From a virus (lineage: Duplodnaviria > Caudoviricetes): 32,308 bases of DNA. The translations under genes and the position numbers were made by a program. This document shows positions 26,484-32,308 of the stretch, in pieces. The notes beneath the pieces were generated by a model. The model saw nothing but the letters and a program-made list of their open reading frames with translations, did no database searches and had not been told where the DNA came from. The stretch lies in the IMG/VR virus record IMGVR_UViG_3300009179_000007, positions 1 through 32,308 of that record. The stretch is one strand, 5' to 3'. The stretch's first letter is position 1. Every line of letters starts with the position of its first letter.

Positions 26484-28013
26484 ATGCAGAAATTTTCTAA
26501 ATGGCTCATAAAAGAAGCCATATCAGCAACGGCGGTCGATTCCGTCAACAAAATCGTCAAATCATTCTTAGCCAAGAAACTAGGTACCAAAGTCTACAGC
26601 TATCCTGGAGTCGAGCAGTATGCTAACTCCACAGGAAAAGGCTTCGGCGTTCGCTACTTCTACCAGGATAAGAGCATTCGTTTCAACTGGAAAAGTGCCA
26701 GTATCAACGCTTTCACTCTGGATAGCGTCGACTTGTGGGATGGAACCTCTCACGATCCTAACTGGCATATGGACTTCGATGCCCAGCAGAGTTTGGTTAA
26801 GACTCTACCACTGATCGTCGATTTCATCAAGAGCCCATTCGGTGCCGGTACCTTCTATCTGCTTCCCGACGATTCTAAATCGACATCGGTTAAAGAAGAA
26901 TACATCACGGAAGCCGCACAAGATGTCGATGCCTTCGACTTCGTCATTCAAAAGATGAAGCCTAATACAGAAATTTCCAGTACCGCTTTAACCGCCGAAT
27001 ATGGATCGTATAAGCCTTATCCTGTTCTGAAGGCGATAAAAGATCTTTATCCTCAACTCTTCCAGAAGAAGAGCACCAAGCTCATTTTCGTTGGAACAGC
27101 CGACGATGTATCCAAGATTAAGGCCCAGAAAGATAGTATCATCGGGTCGCTGGGTGGAGTGAAGATTACGGTTTCTAAAGGTGGCAGCAAAGAAACTTAC
27201 GCTCCTAACGAGCAAGAATCGGAAATCGAGCAGCAGGGTATCGAGAGAGTCGCTTATGAAGAGCAACTCAAGCATCTTGCCGTCCTGATGAAGATGGTTA
27301 TCAAGGGCGCCACTAATGCGCTCTTCGTGGCAGGTAGAGGCGGCACGGGTAAGACACAGACTGTCGAGGACGAACTCGCCAAAGCCGGTTTGCAAGATGG
27401 TGAAGGATACTACAAGAACACCGGAAGCGCAAGTCCTATCGGAATCTACATCTCACTCTACAACAATAGAGACGGTATCGTTCTATTCGATGACTGCGAT
27501 AGCGCTTTGGCAGATCAAGAAGGACGAAATCTTATTAAGGCAGCGACCGACACCAAGAAGATCAGAAAGGTTGCGTGGAATAAGAAATCGAGTGTGATAG
27601 TCCCGAAAGATCAATTTGAAGATGCCGAATCCGATGACGGAGTTCCTACGAACAAGCATGGTGATCCGCTTTACCCCAATTCGTTCGAGTTTACCGGGCG
27701 AGTGATCTTCATCTCTAACCTAAAGCTGGATAAACTGGATCCTGATGGCGCCCTCAGAACTCGTGGTTTCATCATAGAAATTGATCCGACAGATGCAGAA
27801 ATGATTGATTATATGGCAAAGATCGCGCCAAAAATTCGATTGGAGGGTGGCGTGACTTTGAAGCAGTCCGAAATCGATGATGTGATTGCCGAAATCAGAA
27901 AGAGCCCTAAGAAGAGCGATATCTCCTTGAGAAAGCTCGTTCGTGGGTTGAATGTCAAAGCCGAGCTGGGAAATGACCCGATGTGGAAAACCATTCTCAA
28001 ACTTTACGCTTAA
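26484..28013 (+). CDS. Protein with C-terminal AAA+/P-loop ATPase domain
   Basis: Walker A GRGGTGKT, Walker B VLFDDCD, sensor VIFISN and Arg finger ALRTR. GGAG RBS. Confidence 0.85.
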   Translation: MQKFSKWLIKEAISATAVDSVNKIVKSFLAKKLGTKVYSYPGVEQYANSTGKGFGVRYFYQDKSIRFNWKSASINAFTLDSVDLWDGTSHDPNWHMDFDAQQSLVKTLPLIVDFIKSPFGAGTFYLLPDDSKSTSVKEEYITEAAQDVDAFDFVIQKMKPNTEISSTALTAEYGSYKPYPVLKAIKDLYPQLFQKKSTKLIFVGTADDVSKIKAQKDSIIGSLGGVKITVSKGGSKETYAPNEQESEIEQQGIERVAYEEQLKHLAVLMKMVIKGATNALFVAGRGGTGKTQTVEDELAKAGLQDGEGYYKNTGSASPIGIYISLYNNRDGIVLFDDCDSALADQEGRNLIKAATDTKKIRKVAWNKKSSVIVPKDQFEDAESDDGVPTNKHGDPLYPNSFEFTGRVIFISNLKLDKLDPDGALRTRGFIIEIDPTDAEMIDYMAKIAPKIRLEGGVTLKQSEIDDVIAEIRKSPKKSDISLRKLVRGLNVKAELGNDPMWKTILKLYA

Positions 28014-28039
28014 TGCTTCCTTCAAACGGATAATACCAC

Positions 28040-28258
28040 ATGATAGTTTCAGACGTTGCCATTGGATTTGAGTTTATCTACGTTCAGTCTACGCCCGCTT
28101 CCGTATGGGTGATTGAGCACAATATGAACTGCCATCCAGTGGCGACTGTCATCGACAGCGGCAATAGCCAGGTTGAAGGTGACGTGACATACGATACCCT
28201 CAACCAAATCACGATTCGATTTACTGCCGGCTTTTCGGGCAGAGCAATTCTTCGTTAA
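28040..28258 (+). CDS. Small virion/tail-fibre-associated protein
   Basis: WVIEHNMNCHPVATV...NQITIRF...FSGRAIL is similar to the C-terminus of the next protein. Confidence 0.65.
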   Translation: MIVSDVAIGFEFIYVQSTPASVWVIEHNMNCHPVATVIDSGNSQVEGDVTYDTLNQITIRFTAGFSGRAILR

Positions 28259-28261
28259 GCG

Positions 28262-28269
28262 CATAAATA
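28262..28269 (+). promoter_or_regulatory. T4-type late promoter (CATAAATA)
   Basis: Intergenic, about 30 nt before ATG 28302, which has an AGGAG RBS. Confidence 0.65.
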
Positions 28270-28301
28270 CACGAACACAATGAAATTTAGGAGATAATAC
28301 A

Positions 28302-30050
28302 ATGGCAAGAGCTTTTTTAACCTCGATTGATCTATCGCAGAATGAACTGTTAAATGGTGTCATTCATAACACGGGCACGCCACCCTCCGATCCGGTAGAG
28401 GGTCAAATCTATTGCAACACTGGCGACCACAACATTTATATCTGGTTGAATGGCGCATGGGAGACATGGGTTAATGCCGCTCTGCTTGGTGCAGCGAGCG
28501 GTGTTGCCACACTCAACGCCTCTTCACTCGTTGTCCAGAACCCAGCCAACGCACAAACCACTCCCGCCGCCGATAAGATTCCGTTAGCTAACGGATCAGG
28601 TAAGATCGACAATGGCTGGTTGAATACAGGTACAGGTAATGGACTTGATGCTGATACGTTAGACGGACAACACGGCTCTTATTACCGCGACCGCGCTAAT
28701 CATACCGGAACACAGACTGCTTCTACGATCAGCGACTTCAACACCGCAGTAAGAACTAACCGCCTCGATCAGATGGCAGCGCCTACGGCTTCCGTGTCGA
28801 TGAACAGCCAGTTGCTTACCAATCTGGCAACACCTGTTGCTGGTACGGATGCAGCTAACAAAGATTACGTCGACAGCGTCAGCCAAGGTCTGGATCCGAA
28901 GCAATCGGTTAAGGCTGCGACTACCGCCGCAATCGTAATGAATGGACCACTGAATGTCGATGGCGTATCGCTTATCGCAGGCGACCGCGTCTTAGTCAAG
29001 AATCAGGGTGCTATCGCAGAAGTGGGGCTGATTAACTTCGCTGGCTTGACTGCGGCAGGGTTGGCAGGAACATACTTCACGATTAACTCGCCAACTGTTC
29101 CTTATTATGTCTGGTTAGATCTCGATGATACGAGTACCGATCCTTCTGCAGCCAACCCCGGCAAGACAGGGATTGAAGTCAACATCGCAACAGGTGATAG
29201 TGACGCCGACATCGCTGGTAAGGTACAAGCTGTTCTGAATGCTCACTCTGCATTCTCGGCAACTCTGAATACCGCAGCCGTTAGCATTACCAATCTCGTA
29301 GCAGGTCCTGTAACAGACATCAATTCTGGTGACACGAATGCCGTTGCTTCTACAACCGTTCAAGGTGCCTCGGCGGGCGCTCTTAATGGTGTTTACACCG
29401 TTCAGGCTGGTGCGTGGACGAGATCTCTTGATACGAATATCTGGAATGAGCTGGTATCCGCCTATGTATTCGTCGAACAAGGAAGTCAGAACGCCGACAG
29501 TGGTTGGTTGTGCACGGTTGATGCCGGTGGCACGCTCAATACCGATTCGGTGACTTGGGTTCAGTTCTCGCAAGCAGGTACGGTAACAGGTGCTAACGTT
29601 GGTTCGGCTCCTGTCGAAGTCTTCAAGCAGAAGAATGGTACTACTCTGGAATTCCGTACCCTCAATGACACGACTTCCGTAGACGTCGTTCAGACAGCCG
29701 ATGTAATCACGTTCAATGTTCTGCCTGGTGGTATCAACATGAACAACCTGGGGGGTGGACCGCTATCTGTACTCAATGGTGGTACAGGAGCATCCACAGC
29801 CGCTGGCGCCAAGACCAACTTGGGCTTCACGACCAAGTACTCAACGACATTTGGTTTAGGCGACACCACTAAGGTCTTTGTTATCACCCATAATCTGGGA
29901 TCAGAAGATGTGGTTGCTCAAGTCCGTTATGCAGCAGGTACTAAGGCCGTGGTCGAGCCTGATATCGAAATGACTTCTATCAACACCATCACCTTGCGCT
30001 TCAACAAGGCTCCGTTACTCAACGAGTTCAGAGTGACAGTGATCGGCTAA
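28302..30050 (+). CDS. Tail fibre / virion structural protein
   Basis: GLDADTLDG, DAANKDYVD, GDRVLVKNQ...NGVY...AWTR and LSVLNGGTGASTAAGAKTNLG are fibre-type motifs; Gly/Ala/Thr/Asn-rich. Confidence 0.8.
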   Translation: MARAFLTSIDLSQNELLNGVIHNTGTPPSDPVEGQIYCNTGDHNIYIWLNGAWETWVNAALLGAASGVATLNASSLVVQNPANAQTTPAADKIPLANGSGKIDNGWLNTGTGNGLDADTLDGQHGSYYRDRANHTGTQTASTISDFNTAVRTNRLDQMAAPTASVSMNSQLLTNLATPVAGTDAANKDYVDSVSQGLDPKQSVKAATTAAIVMNGPLNVDGVSLIAGDRVLVKNQGAIAEVGLINFAGLTAAGLAGTYFTINSPTVPYYVWLDLDDTSTDPSAANPGKTGIEVNIATGDSDADIAGKVQAVLNAHSAFSATLNTAAVSITNLVAGPVTDINSGDTNAVASTTVQGASAGALNGVYTVQAGAWTRSLDTNIWNELVSAYVFVEQGSQNADSGWLCTVDAGGTLNTDSVTWVQFSQAGTVTGANVGSAPVEVFKQKNGTTLEFRTLNDTTSVDVVQTADVITFNVLPGGINMNNLGGGPLSVLNGGTGASTAAGAKTNLGFTTKYSTTFGLGDTTKVFVITHNLGSEDVVAQVRYAAGTKAVVEPDIEMTSINTITLRFNKAPLLNEFRVTVIG

Positions 30051-30061
30051 AGGAATCCCTA

Positions 30062-30313
30062 ATGGCTCGTGACTTTCTTGGTGAAAATCCGAATATCCTG
30101 ATAGACGGTGACCCCGTCTATCCGGGTTACCAGACTGCGGAACAGACATCTGTGGGTACTTCTGAGTTTACCCATATCTTGAGTATCGCAGATGATAATG
30201 TTCAGAAATGCTTCAACAAGCTCGACAAAATCAGTCGCTATCATGATGGTGGTCGAGCCAATGAGATTTATTATGGGTGTCGTGTAATCGATGGAGGGGG
30301 AGCAAATGGCTGA
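30062..30313 (+). CDS. Small tail-associated hypothetical protein
   Basis: AAGGA RBS; ends in IDGGGA; overlaps the next start. Confidence 0.65.
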   Translation: MARDFLGENPNILIDGDPVYPGYQTAEQTSVGTSEFTHILSIADDNVQKCFNKLDKISRYHDGGRANEIYYGCRVIDGGGANG

Positions 30314-32308
30314 TAAGATACAACTTCGAAGAGATACAGCAGCGAATTGGGCATCTACCAATCCTATACTCAGTATAGGCGAGATGGGCTTGTGTACCGA
30401 TGAACTCAACATCAAGGTGGGTAATGGTGTGGCTGCTTGGAATGACCTGCCATATTACATCACTGGAACGGTTTACAACGATGAGATGGCGCGCGACGCT
30501 ATTGGAGCTATTCTAACAGATACGGCTTCAATCGATTTCACTTATGATGATAACAACAATCAGATTTTAGCGGCGGTTATTCCTGGAGGTGTCAACCACG
30601 ACAACCTCTTGAACATGAGCGCCAACAAGCATGTCGACCACACCTTAGTTTCAATTACCGGATCTGATGGGTTGTCGGGCGGCGGTGATATCAGTATCAG
30701 CAGAACGATTACCCTGCCGAATGTGGGTACGGCTGGTACTTATGGTAACTCATCGAGTATCCCCGTATTCACGACGGATGCCAAAGGGCGAATCACCGCA
30801 GTCACTCCAACGAACATCTCCATTGGCAGTGGTGCGGTCAGTGATTTCGTTGAAGCAGTTCAAGATGCTATAGGCGGTGCTCTGGTCAATAGCGCCAGCA
30901 TCAATTTCAGCTATGATGATGTCAACAACACGATTACCGCAACCGTAAACAGCCTAATCACTAACGGTGTTCAAGGTTTACAGACGCTATTCGTCGATGT
31001 TAAAGATCCTACGGGGTTCGTGAATAACAACCAAATCGCTTGTTCGTACAGCGTAGCTAATCGAACTGTCACTCTGACAAAGACGGGTGGCATAGAGTTC
31101 TACTGGCGTGGAGTTAAGACTACTCTAACCAGCCCGTGGACCAGCAGCGCCCACTCAAACACCCCCGGCAGGTATTACCTGTATTCTACCGATGGTACCA
31201 ACTTCGCTTGGAGTAATACCATATGGACCTTCAGTGACTTGATGGTTGCTGTCGTCTATAAAACCGCGGATTACACTTTTGCCATCAACGAAGTGCATGG
31301 CGTGATGCCGTTTACGGTTCATGAATACTTGCATGAGAATTTCGGAACCTTCAAACATACCGGAACGGGAGGGGGTCCTGAAACCGGAACTTACTCTTTG
31401 AATGTAGATTCTAATGCAGCGACAACACCTGGATTCACGGCTACATCCGTTCTTGATGAAGACAACGAGACTGTAATCGCAGCTTGGCCCGAAGGCACCT
31501 ACACCACATTAAGGATAGGTAGTGGGGGTATATCCGTTTTCGATATAGCGTCCTCTTATCCGTTTAGAGCCAGCGGCAGCTACATCTTGGTGAACAACGT
31601 CGGTGACGGAACCGAGATTGTTGCCACCAATGGACGCTTTGTCAACGTTTATCAAATCTTGATTCCTGTGACAGCTGACTCTGATAGTCAGAAATACCGA
31701 ATGACCTTCTTGCAGCCGCAGAATCAATACACGGCTTTAGCAGATGCCGTGGCAGAAAGTTTCTACGCATTGCCACTGGGTGATCTGAATTCTTCGGTTG
31801 CAGAAATGGTGCCTTACGTCAGACTAACTTACGAAACAGGTAGCTCTAATAACAGCTACGGTAAAGTGAGACTGGCTAATGTCACAACCGTTGCGAAATT
31901 AGCCGGCGGATCGGGTGGCGGAAGCATTGGTGCCTCAGCCGTTGGGTCAGCAGGTTGGATTCAGTATCGAGGCAGTACCGAAGGCAGTTTTGGTGCCGAA
32001 GCGGCATTGTGGTGGGATTCTAATAGAAACTGTCTGAAGATTGGAACAGCCACTGGATTGAACACCACCGATACTCCCCTCGAAGCCAGTGAAAGTGCTG
32101 CTTCTTGGTTGCAGGTTAATGTCCAGAATGCCAGCACAGCTAATGCCTCCAGTTCTGATTTCGTTGCCACGATGGATACCGGAACGGATCTTATTGGATT
32201 CATCGATTTAGGAATCAACTGCTCGGGTTACAATCAGGCAGCCTACAATAGCGGTGGTCCTGGAGATGCTTACCTGATGGTGAATGGCGGCGATCTCGCT
32301 CTCATCAC
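30306..32308 (+). CDS. Tail fibre / receptor-binding protein with Mtd_N-like N-terminal domain (partial, runs off the right edge)
   Basis: MADKIQLRRDTAANWASTNPILSIGEMGLCTDELNIKVGNGVAAWNDLPY; the frame appears open to the window end, which explains its absence from the ORF track. Confidence 0.8.
   Translation, partial: MADKIQLRRDTAANWASTNPILSIGEMGLCTDELNIKVGNGVAAWNDLPYYITGTVYNDEMARDAIGAILTDTASIDFTYDDNNNQILAAVIPGGVNHDNLLNMSANKHVDHTLVSITGSDGLSGGGDISISRTITLPNVGTAGTYGNSSSIPVFTTDAKGRITAVTPTNISIGSGAVSDFVEAVQDAIGGALVNSASINFSYDDVNNTITATVNSLITNGVQGLQTLFVDVKDPTGFVNNNQIACSYSVANRTVTLTKTGGIEFYWRGVKTTLTSPWTSSAHSNTPGRYYLYSTDGTNFAWSNTIWTFSDLMVAVVYKTADYTFAINEVHGVMPFTVHEYLHENFGTFKHTGTGGGPETGTYSLNVDSNAATTPGFTATSVLDEDNETVIAAWPEGTYTTLRIGSGGISVFDIASSYPFRASGSYILVNNVGDGTEIVATNGRFVNVYQILIPVTADSDSQKYRMTFLQPQNQYTALADAVAESFYALPLGDLNSSVAEMVPYVRLTYETGSSNNSYGKVRLANVTTVAKLAGGSGGGSIGASAVGSAGWIQYRGSTEGSFGAEAALWWDSNRNCLKIGTATGLNTTDTPLEASESAASWLQVNVQNASTANASSSDFVATMDTGTDLIGFIDLGINCSGYNQAAYNSGGPGDAYLMVNGGDLALI

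Noticed and set aside
30306-32308. Diversity-generating retroelement suggested by the Mtd_N-like domain
   Set aside because: No reverse transcriptase or template/variable repeat pair is visible, and Mtd_N is common in ordinary fibres.
1-32308. tRNA genes (including a frameshift suppressor), introns or inteins
   Set aside because: Intergenic gaps are short and I saw no cloverleaf or splicing motifs; any suppressor tRNA would lie outside this window.

Overview
This window is a fragment of a large T4-like (myovirus) dsDNA phage genome. Left to right it holds a 7-deazaguanine DNA-modification cluster (folE end, queD, dpdA/TGT-like, queE), gp41 helicase and a pyrE-like gene. A sigma70-type early operon of small genes follows and ends in Pth2 and a Ro60/TROVE protein. 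Next come a Pol-beta-type nucleotidyltransferase, an RNA-ligase-like protein and a HIGH-motif nucleotidyltransferase, then gp26/gp51-like tail genes and a giant tape-measure-like protein with M15 peptidase and lytic transglycosylase domains. A reverse-strand holin/lysin block precedes the T4 replication core (gp61, rnh, FmdB-like, gp33, gp59, gp32, dexA-like), an AAA ATPase and tail-fibre genes. The most striking signal is that five genes, on both strands, are broken by a +1 frameshift, and each break coincides with an in-frame CGG followed by A or T. Skipping the C restores a GGA/GGT Gly codon and the expected protein. My manual scan found no in-frame CGGA/CGGT in any intact gene. This suggests a four-base codon or programmed +1 recoding system, but a systematic sequencing artefact (possibly from modified guanines) must be excluded first. 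All annotations come from motif recognition, not database searches.
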